Shown: positions 9,107-17,851 of the stretch, in pieces
How the letters are laid out: every line of letters starts with the position of its first letter
Position numbering within the stretch: the first letter of the stretch is position 1
Source: an uncultured Methanosarcinales archaeon
GTDB taxonomy: Archaea > Nanobdellota > Nanobdellia > Woesearchaeales > CAZKBD01
DNA: 54,789 nt
Assembly: GCA_964550945.1 (NCBI GenBank)
Contig: CAZKBD010000003.1
Coordinates: 1 to 54,789, forward strand
Direction: 5' to 3'
Program-made: the position numbers and the translations under genes
Notes under the pieces: generated by a model
Database searches by the model: none
What the model saw: the letters and a program-made list of their open reading frames with translations, nothing else
What the model was told of the DNA's origin: nothing

Positions 9107-9201
9107 TGCGAGGGACGAGGTTCGAACTCGCGTAGGCACTAAGCCACAAGGCCCTCAACCTTAGGCATTTTTTGCCCGTTTGGCCGCTCCGGCACCCTCG
9201 C
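9107..9201 (-). tRNA. tRNA-Leu(GAG) with 11-nt intron at 29/30 (intron 9161-9171)
   Basis: Acceptor GCGAGGG/CCCTCGC+A, long variable arm, T-arm GCGAG-TTCGAAC-CTCGT; removing AAAATGCCTAA restores CAAGG-TTGAGGG-CCTTG. Confidence 0.9.
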
Positions 9202-9265
9202 GAATTACACTGAGCGAGGATCAGGAAATCTTTGATTTCCTCTGCCCTCGCGTAATGCGAGAGCC

Positions 9266-10048
9266 CTATTTTAACTTCTTGACTAATTCAACAACTTCAT
9301 CCAATCTGGCCTCAAAGATATTGCATGCTTCAGCAACTATCTTTTTTGGTGGAAGCTGCCCCCACGATTCAACATAAAAAACATAGCTTGTTGGGTCACG
9401 CTCTACTTTAACCAAATCATCACAAATACCTTCGCAAGCGTCAATTAGAACAGGGGTATTTATCAAATTCCTGTCTATCTTTCCATCCTGGCCGAATATT
9501 TGTGGGGGATATTTATCTGCAAACTTTTCAAATTTTTCCTGATTATGGTCTACAGTGATTTTTGGCAGGTAAGAATAATAAACCTGTGCAGGGCTCCATT
9601 TCATATGCTCTTTGCCTTTTCCCAAAACAGCAGTAGCTTCTAGCTCTAAAGCTTGGCCTTTTAATAACTTGACAATAGGAGTTTTTGGATATACTGGCTT
9701 TACTGCAGGGTCTTTTGATTTGATTTCAGATGCATAGACAATTGAGGGGCCTTTTGCCTTTAAGCTCATTTGCAATTGGCATCTAGCACAACCCTTGCCT
9801 TGGCATTTACATTCCTCTGGTAAATTATATGACTTAAGGTCAGTTGTTAATGGAATCAATCCCAATCTATGGGCAATCATTTCATCATATAATATCGAGC
9901 TGTTTTTCTTGAACTCAACATCCTCAATAGCCATAACAGGCACTTCATCCTTCATCATTCTTCTCAAGGCATTCGCAAAAGATGGGTTTGAATTTTTCAA
10001 AACAAAAGACAACTTTTGCTTATCACTTTCAAATAATCTTATTTCCAT
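9266..10048 (-). CDS. rpoD: RNA polymerase subunit D (Rpo3)
   Basis: ANALRR, DEMIAHRLGLIPL and VESWGQL motifs. Confidence 0.97.
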   Translation of the reverse strand: MEIRLFESDKQKLSFVLKNSNPSFANALRRMMKDEVPVMAIEDVEFKKNSSILYDEMIAHRLGLIPLTTDLKSYNLPEECKCQGKGCARCQLQMSLKAKGPSIVYASEIKSKDPAVKPVYPKTPIVKLLKGQALELEATAVLGKGKEHMKWSPAQVYYSYLPKITVDHNQEKFEKFADKYPPQIFGQDGKIDRNLINTPVLIDACEGICDDLVKVERDPTSYVFYVESWGQLPPKKIVAEACNIFEARLDEVVELVKKLK

Positions 10049-10446
10049 TATACCCTCCTGCCTCGTTTACCCCCTTTTTTTCTGCATCCATCATGCGGTA
10101 AAGGAGTAACATCTTCTATAATCCCAATTCTTAGTCCTCTTCTTGACAATGCTCTTATAGCTGCCTGAGCTCCTGGCCCTGGATTGCTAGGCCCATTATG
10201 GCCGCCCGGGGCTTTTATTTTTACATGAAGGCCGTTAATCCCCTTTTCAATTACCATATCTGCTGCTTTTTTTGCAGCCATCATTGCAGCTGTTGGCGAG
10301 CTTTCCATCCTATCGCTCTTAACAACCTGGCCACCAGAGGTTCTAGCTAATGTTTCTGTGCCAGTTATATCAGTTATATGAATGATAGTGTTATTATACG
10401 AAGTGTAGATATGCGCTACTCCCCATCTAGTATTATCTCTTGCCAT
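10048..10446 (-). CDS. rps11: 30S ribosomal protein S11
   Basis: [28 protein letters not shown] and [10 protein letters not shown] motifs. Confidence 0.97.
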   Translation of the reverse strand: MARDNTRWGVAHIYTSYNNTIIHITDITGTETLARTSGGQVVKSDRMESSPTAAMMAAKKAADMVIEKGINGLHVKIKAPGGHNGPSNPGPGAQAAIRALSRRGLRIGIIEDVTPLPHDGCRKKGGKRGRRV

Positions 10447-11014
10447 ATTTAGACCTTCTTTGAATTGGTTTTTTCTTAACAACCTTCTTCTTTTTTTCTT
10501 CCTGAGGCGTTCTTTCTGGATGGTTTATGTCATTAAGAGTAGATGATGGGCTAAAACTAATCTTGTCTTCCTCTGCTTTTGTTACTATATAGCTAGGGGT
10601 GGTTATCACTTTGCCAGCTACGCTTATATGCCTATGAGTTATGAACTGCCTTGCTTGTTTTACTGATCGTGCAAGATTTTTCTTATAAACTAAAGTCTGT
10701 AATCTTCGTTCAAGAACGCTCCTTAAATTAATTGTTAAGATGTCCTCTAATTTTGCGTTCTTGTCTGCAAGGCCGTATGTTATCATCCTTTCCAAAAACT
10801 GGGCTTTTTCAATTTCAGACTGTTTTGTTGCTAATGAGGATAATCTTTTTGCTTGGGAAGCAATCTTTCTTAAAAGAGAATCAGCTTTCCAAATCCCCTT
10901 CTTGTTTTTGAAGCCATATTCCTTAGTTAATATCTTTTCTTCCTCAATCCTTGTTTTTCTCCAAGGATGCTGAGGTGTTGCGTACTTTTTTCTTAATCTT
11001 CTTGGGCTTCCCAT
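10433..11014 (-). CDS. rps4: 30S ribosomal protein S4
   Basis: TPQHPW, LERRLQT and [11 protein letters not shown] motifs. Confidence 0.97.
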   Translation of the reverse strand: MGSPRRLRKKYATPQHPWRKTRIEEEKILTKEYGFKNKKGIWKADSLLRKIASQAKRLSSLATKQSEIEKAQFLERMITYGLADKNAKLEDILTINLRSVLERRLQTLVYKKNLARSVKQARQFITHRHISVAGKVITTPSYIVTKAEEDKISFSPSSTLNDINHPERTPQEEKKKKVVKKKPIQRRSKYGKR

Positions 11015-11016
11015 TT

Positions 11017-11499
11017 TTAGACCTTACCTGCTTTTGAGCCGGATCTTCTTTTTACACCAAGAACATTGCCCTTGTTCTTTCTGAAATTTGATTTTGTTCT
11101 TTGGCCCCTGACTGGCAATCCGTATGCGTGCCTCATCCCCTTATAACTTCTAATCTTTTTCATCTGTTTGATGTCGTTTTCTGTGTTAAACTTCAGGTCT
11201 CCACTCAATACATGCTTATCTGCTCCAGTTTCAACATCCTTCCTTCTGTTAAAAAACCAGGAAGGTATATCAAATTTAGAAGGGTTCTCCAAGACAGCCT
11301 CTATCTTTTTTATCTCGCCTTCTTTGGCGTAACCAGCTTTCTGTTGCGCATCTACCTTAGCAGCATGGCAAACAGCATTAGCAAACATAAAACTGATTCC
11401 CTTGATCTTTCTTAAACCCTGCAGAATAGATTTATTGCCATCTAAATCAGTATTGGCTACCCTTACAAGATATCTGAATTCTGGATTTTGCTCTGCCAT
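11017..11499 (-). CDS. rps13: 30S ribosomal protein S13
   Basis: VRVANTDLDG and SYKGMRHAYGLPVRGQRT motifs. Confidence 0.97.
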   Translation of the reverse strand: MAEQNPEFRYLVRVANTDLDGNKSILQGLRKIKGISFMFANAVCHAAKVDAQQKAGYAKEGEIKKIEAVLENPSKFDIPSWFFNRRKDVETGADKHVLSGDLKFNTENDIKQMKKIRSYKGMRHAYGLPVRGQRTKSNFRKNKGNVLGVKRRSGSKAGKV

Positions 11500-11515
11500 T
11501 TTATAAGTGATTATA

Positions 11516-11589
11516 TTCAACTAAATAGCATTAGAATTAAACACCAAGTTTAACCCTCAAACGCTATTCACTCGGGCTATTTAGCTGAA
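11516..11589 (-). promoter_or_regulatory. Structured 5' leader of the rps13 operon
   Basis: 14-bp stem TTCAGCTAAATAGC/GCTATTTAGTTGAA enclosing GGGTTAAAC/GTTTAATTC; G-U pairs favour the mRNA strand; TTTATAAA at 11604-11611. Confidence 0.55.
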
Positions 11590-11628
11590 GAAACAAATAT
11601 CCATTTATAAAGCTATCGGAATAAAAAG

Positions 11629-11791
11629 GGTAGCTGCCGAGACTTTCAACCTCTCCGCAGATTCGTTGGATTGAGCGAATGCGAAATCCAACTTAAGCGC
11701 ATTCTTTGCTCATTTCTTCTGCGAAGAAATGTTTGAACTCGGTCTAGGAGATCCACAGTCTCCAGTGCTGCCAGGTTACACCACAGCCACC
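11629..11791 (-). tRNA. tRNA-His(GTG) with encoded G-1 and an 89-nt T-loop intron at 59/60 (intron 11643-11731)
   Basis: G-1 plus GTGGCTG/CAGCTAC plus C73; anticodon arm GGAGA-CTGTGGA-TCTCC; T-arm CCGAG-TTCAAA^T-CTCGG; full BHB motif. Confidence 0.92.
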
Positions 11792-11967
11792 ATAATCTAA
11801 TAGAGAATTCCTGTGTTTTATAAGTTTTTCTGATTGTCATTACTAAATTGAGTGATAGTTATAATCTCATCAACTATATACTAAGAGAGTATATGGCCTA
11901 ATCCAGGTATTATAAAATAGACTGGTTAATCGGGGGATTTATAAGTGCAGATGCAACCCCAAACAAA

Positions 11968-12528
11968 ATGGATTGTGATCTAGAAGCAAGGATGGTAGAT
12001 GCAAGTAGGATTGTGGTAACTGAAGACAACACCTACAAAGAAGAGAATAGAGATATATTTGGAGATACCCGGGCTAGTGTAGGTGAGGCTATAGTTAATG
12101 GTAGAGCAAGTGATGTTCCTCCGATTGTAGTTTTTCACTGCCCCTATGATAACCTAAGTGCAGCCATTGATGAATACACTAGATATATTCTTATTAGGTA
12201 CAATGAGGGGGTAAGCGAGGAGGATAAAAGAGGCATCAAAGAGATATTTGAGAATAGGTTATTGCTTTGTTATAATGGCCATAGAAGGCTTGAAGAATTC
12301 CAGAAAGCAGGGGCTCAAATATCAGCATATGTGATAAACTCTCAGGAGCAATTTCTAAAAATCCCAGAAGAAGAGAGAAGGTTCCCTAAAGGTATTCTTG
12401 ACAGATGCTCCTATAAAGAGGTATTAGATGAAGTTATAGACTCAAATTATGAGCTATCCTATCTTAGCATGTTAAGGGATGCTATTAACCTAATGAAGGG
12501 GTTAATCAAGACCATTAAATGCGCTTAA
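11968..12528 (+). CDS. Hypothetical protein with ParB/Srx-like motif
   Basis: PPIVV...LCYNGHRRL resembles the ParB-N GxxR motif. Confidence 0.5.
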   Translation: MDCDLEARMVDASRIVVTEDNTYKEENRDIFGDTRASVGEAIVNGRASDVPPIVVFHCPYDNLSAAIDEYTRYILIRYNEGVSEEDKRGIKEIFENRLLLCYNGHRRLEEFQKAGAQISAYVINSQEQFLKIPEEERRFPKGILDRCSYKEVLDEVIDSNYELSYLSMLRDAINLMKGLIKTIKCA

Positions 12529-12642
12529 TGCTCATAGTGCTATTCTAGCTGCCAGTAAGAACTGATTGAACATGGGAGATTAGATGCTCTATTGATACTA
12601 TCCCCCTAGACCCCTACGCCTATACTACTATCTCTTTTTTAT

Positions 12643-12733
12643 ATGTCAGAAATCGCAGGTGCACGCTCTAATACTTTAGCTCAGAACAAACTAGCGATTT
12701 CTGAGCATGCTCAAAAATCTTCGATTTTTGACA
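12643..12733. repeat. Double-hairpin palindromic element, copy 2
   Basis: ATGTCAGAAATCGC...GCGATTTCTGAGCATGCTCAAAAATCTTCGATTTTTGACA; overlaps the 3' end of CDS 12691-13197. Confidence 0.85.
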
Positions 12734-13197
12734 AAATTATAGTGCAGGTAAGGCAGAATAAAAGATATAGCATAAGTAAATCCGACCAATAATAAGCTGT
12801 GCTGATCGTTATTTAATCTCAAAGTGATCTCCAGGCTGTTTGTTATGACTGTGATGATATACAAATTAATTATAGCAAGTATGGGCACATAGAAAATTGC
12901 GATCACTTTGCGCGTATTTGCCATATTTTCCATGTCTCTTACCAAAATGTCAAAAAGAAGGCCAAAACAAACGCCTAATAAGGCGATAATCGCGTATAAA
13001 GTGTAGCTTTTCAGAACAAGCAGCACCGGTATGAGCATTACAGAGGCAGCAATATTGCCTAAAATAACAACTATAATCACAATCCAATAGATTGACTTAT
13101 CTAAATTCTTAATTGCTTTGGTTTTTTCTGTCTCTGCTTCTTTTAGTATCCTTACAGCTTTCTCAACTTCCGGTTTATCCCATTTTCTCTCGATCAT
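12691..13197 (-). CDS. Membrane protein (4 TM) in the minD operon
   Basis: Hydrophobic helices; start overlaps the minD stop. Confidence 0.8.
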   Translation of the reverse strand: MIERKWDKPEVEKAVRILKEAETEKTKAIKNLDKSIYWIVIIVVILGNIAASVMLIPVLLVLKSYTLYAIIALLGVCFGLLFDILVRDMENMANTRKVIAIFYVPILAIINLYIITVITNSLEITLRLNNDQHSLLLVGFTYAISFILPYLHYNFVKNRRFLSMLRNR

Positions 13198-13898
13198 TCT
13201 TCTCCAATCAATTCAGCCAGTTTTATAAACTCAATAGAAGCAGCAGAATTTGGATGAGACAGAACAACAGGATGCCTTGATAATAATGCCCTTTTGATGT
13301 TGGCATCTTCAGGAACCTGAGCAATAATAGGTATTCCTAAATACTTCTTGGCATTACTTAAATTATACTCATTTTTATTCCCCTTTAGCTTATTCAAAAC
13401 CGCTCCTATAACAATGCTGCCTTGGTTTTCTGCCAAGCCAATTGCCTTTTTTGCGTTAAATAACGCAAGCCTGTCCAGATTGGTTACAATAATTGTCTCG
13501 TCAGCTGGCTTTACAGCTTCGGCAACTTCCTTGTTAAGGCCTGCTGCAGAATCAATAATAACAATATCATTTTTTCCGAACAAGTCAATAACAGCGCTGC
13601 TGATATCTTTGGGAAATCTTTCTTCAGGATTATGATACATGCTGGCTGGTACAAACTTCATTCCAGACGCATGCAAATAGGTTGCTTTTGATATGTGGCT
13701 TTCATCTCTTAGGACGCTGTGAAGATTAGGAACAAGCTGAGGAAATCCCAAATAGTTAGCAATATCGGGAGAGCTTAGGTTTGCATCAACTAAGGTTATT
13801 TTCCTGCCAAGGTTGTTTAGGGCAACAGCCAGATTGATGGCGCTAGTTGTCTTTCCAGTTCCTCCTTTTCCTGATATTATTGAGATGAATCTAGTCAT
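13194..13898 (-). CDS. minD: MinD/ParA family ATPase
   Basis: Deviant Walker A SGKGGTGKTT, VDANL, IIDSAAG. Confidence 0.85.
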   Translation of the reverse strand: MTRFISIISGKGGTGKTTSAINLAVALNNLGRKITLVDANLSSPDIANYLGFPQLVPNLHSVLRDESHISKATYLHASGMKFVPASMYHNPEERFPKDISSAVIDLFGKNDIVIIDSAAGLNKEVAEAVKPADETIIVTNLDRLALFNAKKAIGLAENQGSIVIGAVLNKLKGNKNEYNLSNAKKYLGIPIIAQVPEDANIKRALLSRHPVVLSHPNSAASIEFIKLAELIGEE

Positions 13899-14355
13899 TT
13901 TTTGGATCTACAATATTGGATATAAACTCAACAAATTTTTTTGTTTTTTCATGGTAAACTTCAAGCTTGTCTATATCAATCTCTATCATCCCATCTGTAT
14001 CAAGCGATGCTATCATTGTGACGTGCCTTCTATATTCCTCTCTTCTTGTGAATTCTGCTCTGCTAACCTTTCTTAGCAATAGGTAAAAATCGAGATATTC
14101 CAAGAGCTCTTGGTTGTCTTTGAAGGTTTTTTTTAGCAAATTAACCTTAGGGCCTGGAGCATTAGGATATTCTTTAATCATCTTCTTTTCTTTTGAATGC
14201 TCCAAAAGCTCCAAAATAGCAAAGTCAAATGAGTTTAGTATCCTTTCTATCACACTTTTGATCACATCAACTGTCCTAGTGTACTTTAAACTCACATAGA
14301 TTAAGTGATCAACCCTTTTTAGCTCGTCTAAAGCGTCAATTAAATATCCCTTCAT
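13891..14355 (-). CDS. Hypothetical helical protein (HEPN-like pattern)
   Basis: ELKRVDHLIYVSLKYTRT and EYRRHVTM; translationally coupled in the operon. Confidence 0.75.
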   Translation of the reverse strand: MKGYLIDALDELKRVDHLIYVSLKYTRTVDVIKSVIERILNSFDFAILELLEHSKEKKMIKEYPNAPGPKVNLLKKTFKDNQELLEYLDFYLLLRKVSRAEFTRREEYRRHVTMIASLDTDGMIEIDIDKLEVYHEKTKKFVEFISNIVDPKND

Positions 14356-14821
14356 CTTTACTTACAATACTAGAAGCTTCTTGTATAAATAATTTTGCTT
14401 TGTTTAGGTAGTTCTTTATCTGCTCAGGCGTTATAGACCTCATATTATAGCTTTCTGAGCAAATAACCAGCATATCCTTCTTTATAAACTCAACAGGGCT
14501 TTGCTTGTGCAAAACAATCAGCTCTTTTATTGATTGGATTAACATCAGATAGCTTTCATCCACTTTGTATTTTCCCTGCACTTTTTCCCTGAATAAGTCA
14601 AGTTTTGATGCAAAATTTTCAGGAAAAGGAGGAATTCTCTTAAAAAGCCGCTCATAGTATAGAACAGAGCTCATAGCGTTAGTCATTCCTAGAAAGATGT
14701 TTTCCAGAACCACAAGCAGCAGTTTCGTGTCCTTGACCAAAGGATATGTAGTGGTTAGAATGTGGTCTGCCAATTGGATCTTATTCTTAGCAACCACCCT
14801 AAGCTCCTGAAACTTCTCCAT
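14336..14821 (-). CDS. Hypothetical protein, distant paralog of its neighbour
   Basis: IQLADHILTTTYPLVKD parallels LKRVDHLIYVSLKY in the adjacent gene. Confidence 0.75.
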   Translation of the reverse strand: MEKFQELRVVAKNKIQLADHILTTTYPLVKDTKLLLVVLENIFLGMTNAMSSVLYYERLFKRIPPFPENFASKLDLFREKVQGKYKVDESYLMLIQSIKELIVLHKQSPVEFIKKDMLVICSESYNMRSITPEQIKNYLNKAKLFIQEASSIVSKDEGIFN

Positions 14822-14853
14822 AATCAGAAGTATAGTTTAATAAGTTTAAATAG

Positions 14854-14884
14854 TTTTCTTAGAAATCATCGGTTTTTGAGGAAA
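14854..14884. repeat. Single degenerate hairpin of the element family
   Basis: TTTTCTTAGAAATC-ATC-GGTTTTTGAGGAAA, compare CTCAAAAATC-TTC-GATTTTTGAC. Confidence 0.5.
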
Positions 14885-14916
14885 GGTTTAAATAAATCGG
14901 TTTACCAATCTTTCTT

Positions 14917-15744
14917 ATGAGCACGAAATGGAATATTTTTACGATTTTAGGAATTGTAGGTTTAATTCTCTTTTTTATTGGAGTATTCACTTCTGGTGCT
15001 ATATCTGTAATAGGCGGACTATTAGGTTTGTTTTTGATTTTTATTTATTTCGTTAGGTTATCAATCAAACTTATAAAAAAAATTATTGAGAAATTAAAAA
15101 TTCTAACTACTTTCACAATTGAAGTTGAAAAAGGGGTAGGTAAGGAAAAGGTGGAAAGTAGTAGAGAGGTAAAGATTACTAAAGTAGAAACAGTAAAAAA
15201 GAAACCCATATCCAAAAGGCAATTGGCTTTTAGAGCTCTTAACAAGATTAGGGTACCCGATTCAGAAAGTAATAGCAAAAATAAACCTTATTCAGTAAAG
15301 GAAGTCAAGTGGCCTTATCACCATTATAATATATTCGACAAAAATGGAGATTATTCGCATGATGTTGATGAAGAAAAGATTATTAATTCTCTCATAAAGC
15401 ACAAAAATAATGTAGAAAGTGCCTTAACAGAATTAATCGAGGAACATAAGGATATTTTAGTGAAGAAAGAGATGGAAAGATTAAAGGAAGCTGAAAAAAG
15501 AAGAGTAGTAAGAGAAGAAGCAGAAAAGCGATTATATGGCAAAGTCAAGAATGAGAGAGAAATTCTAAGTCCAGATTTAAAGGAAGCCGTTTATTTAAAA
15601 TATAAGAGCGAGTGCTCTATATGCGGGACTAAGGAAGGCTTACACATACACCATAAGGATAATAACCCCAAAGATAACAGACTGGAAAATCTTATTTTGC
15701 TGTGTGGTGTGTGTCATAAAAAGATACATATGAAAGTTAGATGA
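14917..15744 (+). CDS. Membrane-anchored HNH endonuclease
   Basis: Two N-terminal TM helices; C-terminal CSICG...HIHHKD...NRLENLILLCGVCHKKIH. Confidence 0.85.
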   Translation: MSTKWNIFTILGIVGLILFFIGVFTSGAISVIGGLLGLFLIFIYFVRLSIKLIKKIIEKLKILTTFTIEVEKGVGKEKVESSREVKITKVETVKKKPISKRQLAFRALNKIRVPDSESNSKNKPYSVKEVKWPYHHYNIFDKNGDYSHDVDEEKIINSLIKHKNNVESALTELIEEHKDILVKKEMERLKEAEKRRVVREEAEKRLYGKVKNEREILSPDLKEAVYLKYKSECSICGTKEGLHIHHKDNNPKDNRLENLILLCGVCHKKIHMKVR

Positions 15745-15763
15745 GTAAAAAAATTGATTAAAA

Positions 15764-16384
15764 TTACTTAATTTTTGCTGTTGCTTTTTTAGATAAGTCC
15801 TTTAATAATTCGTAATCAGTTGTAGTTCCCGACATATAAATTGATTCATAAACATCCATTTTGATAAATTCTATTTGATAATATCTCAGTTCTGTGTCAA
15901 ATTCATCTTTTAGGGTTATCCTAAATGCTCTACTATTATCACCTACATTTGGGTTGGATAATCCATCAAAGGTTATATTCTCATTCGATTCCCGTGGTAA
16001 AGTTAAAATTTCGGATATATGTTCTATTGGATAGATTGAGATAGCCTGTTCTATGACAGTTATATCAAGGAGGTTATCTCCAACTCTTGCATATTTTACA
16101 TAATACCCACCTTTCCAGCCCAAGTCTATCGCTTTTTGATTGACATCAGATTTTACCCTTTCTGCCCTATCTTTTATAGCATAGTTAGAAGAAAAATCAG
16201 AAAGTTGGAGTGCTAGTTCGGAGGGTTCTAACGTAGATAATTTTGGTTTCGGCAGCTCTGCCGGTCTCGTTGTTTGTTCTTTACCAGTTCCAGAGGGGGT
16301 TATAGTTTGTTGAACACAACTACTCACACAAATTACACCAATTAACAAAACTACTAATAAAAAGGCATAATAATTCGGCTTCAT
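15764..16384 (-). CDS. Putative lipoprotein
   Basis: Signal peptide ending VSSC followed by a Thr/Pro linker. Confidence 0.7.
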   Translation of the reverse strand: MKPNYYAFLLVVLLIGVICVSSCVQQTITPSGTGKEQTTRPAELPKPKLSTLEPSELALQLSDFSSNYAIKDRAERVKSDVNQKAIDLGWKGGYYVKYARVGDNLLDITVIEQAISIYPIEHISEILTLPRESNENITFDGLSNPNVGDNSRAFRITLKDEFDTELRYYQIEFIKMDVYESIYMSGTTTDYELLKDLSKKATAKIK

Positions 16385-16501
16385 ATCAGATTGTAGAGTT
16401 CTGATGCTTAAAAATATATCGTTTTGTTGTTGGAGGGTCTTAGACTAATTTAGTTTAAAACTGATTATTTCTTCTCTTAAAATCCATAATCACTTTCATA
16501 A

Positions 16502-16879
16502 TCACAAATTTCGTGCAGACGCTATACCAACTTGCGGAGCGCTAGTATAACCCATTTTTGGCTTTTCTTCTGACGCTTCTTCTATAATCTTCCAGTAGTA
16601 TTCAACGAACTTTTTGACTACAGCATTTTGTATGTTCAATTTATACATCTTGGCTCTTCCCACATATCTTGTGAATACTACCCTTTTCTCTTTAACAAAC
16701 TCTTTCCATAGGTTCTTTAGCATTGCGTAAGATACTTTGCTGTGCTTTGCAATGTCCATCATAGAATAGTCGTCTTCTACTGCAAATGTAACTAAGAATT
16801 CTATAATCCTATTTTTAGGAGTATTCCCTTCATACATTATAAATGCGCTTGTCATATTAATATCGTTAATATGGCTCAA
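16502..16879 (-). CDS. Winged-helix DNA-binding protein
   Basis: YSMMDIAKHSKVS...TRYVGRAKMYKLN. Confidence 0.75.
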   Translation of the reverse strand: MSHINDINMTSAFIMYEGNTPKNRIIEFLVTFAVEDDYSMMDIAKHSKVSYAMLKNLWKEFVKEKRVVFTRYVGRAKMYKLNIQNAVVKKFVEYYWKIIEEASEEKPKMGYTSAPQVGIASARNL

Positions 16880-16961
16880 TATTTAAATGTTACTATTTTA
16901 GCCATCAGTGGCTATTATTTTAGCCTAAAATTTATAAATGATTGAGTTTACCTTATTTCTC

Positions 16962-17242
16962 ATGACGAAAATAAAAAGGAGCGAGTATATAATCATATCC
17001 AAAAAAATAATCAGATTGCTGTTAAGAGAAACCTGTTGGGGAAAGGGATCAATGTNNNNNNNNNNGAAATTCCTTTAGTTGAAATGGTAATTAATGGTTT
17101 AGTAAAACAAGCTTTAGTCATAAAGAAAAAACATAAGTATGGCTGGAAATATTCCTTAAATAATGCAAAAAGAGAAAAGTTGTTTAGTATAGCAAAAGAG
17201 ATTGGCAAAAGAACATCAAACTTTATATTGTTTATTTTTTAA
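16962..17242 (+). CDS. Small winged-helix-like protein (spans a 10-N gap)
   Basis: MTKIKRSEY...CWGKGSM before the gap and ...GLVKQALVIKKKHKYGWKYSLN after it. Confidence 0.55.
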
Positions 17243-17254
17243 CAAATTTTGCGA

Positions 17255-17611
17255 TTAAGAATTATCCCCTTTCAGCTGCATTATAGCAGCAGCAAGATCT
17301 CCTTTATTTTCCTTTATCGCTTCCTTTGCTTCCTTTTCACTAACTCCAGCCTGCTCCATCACGGTTTTTATGTCTTCTTCATTAATCTCTGGCTCTGAAG
17401 ACTCTGAAGAAATAGCCCTTTCTTCAACATTTCCAGAAATCTGGAAAGTCTCCTGGCCCATCATATTCACTTTAGAAACAGAAGGATTTGAGATAACAAG
17501 CTCTTTGTCAGCTGTTTTTATAATGACCTCAGTAGCATCTATCTCTTGTTGCTGTATGCCCAGGCGCCGCATAGCCTGTTTCATAGCTCTGGGGTTCATT
17601 CCTGGAATCAT
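17255..17611 (-). CDS. nac: Nascent polypeptide-associated complex protein
   Basis: MNPRAMKQAMRRLGI and UBA-like EDIKTVMEQAGVS...GDLAAAI. Confidence 0.95.
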   Translation of the reverse strand: MIPGMNPRAMKQAMRRLGIQQQEIDATEVIIKTADKELVISNPSVSKVNMMGQETFQISGNVEERAISSESSEPEINEEDIKTVMEQAGVSEKEAKEAIKENKGDLAAAIMQLKGDNS

Positions 17612-17662
17612 CTCAGATCGCCTCCAGTTGTTTGGAATGATTTAAGCTCTTTGATTGCAATA

Positions 17663-17839
17663 TCATTTTATTCCTAAAAGACTAGCTCCAAAAGAATATA
17701 GAAATATCATTATTGCGATAACCACCATGCATAAAAGTATAATATGGCCTGGCTTGAACTCTATCTTGCTCTTGTATTCATCGAAATATCTTACCAATCC
17801 CCCCATTCCTGAGGGCATCTGAATTTTGTCTGAAGCCAT
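17663..17839 (-). CDS. secG: Preprotein translocase subunit Sec61beta
   Basis: MPSGMGGLVRYFDEYKSKI..KP followed by a single TM helix. Confidence 0.9.
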   Translation of the reverse strand: MASDKIQMPSGMGGLVRYFDEYKSKIEFKPGHIILLCMVVIAIMIFLYSFGASLLGIK

Positions 17840-17851
17840 TTTTGATAGTGA

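Noticed and set aside
17056..17065. Apparent frameshifts at the 10-N gaps (also 48649-48658)
   Set aside because: Gap lengths are placeholders and the reading frames continue sensibly across them, so these are not pseudogenes.
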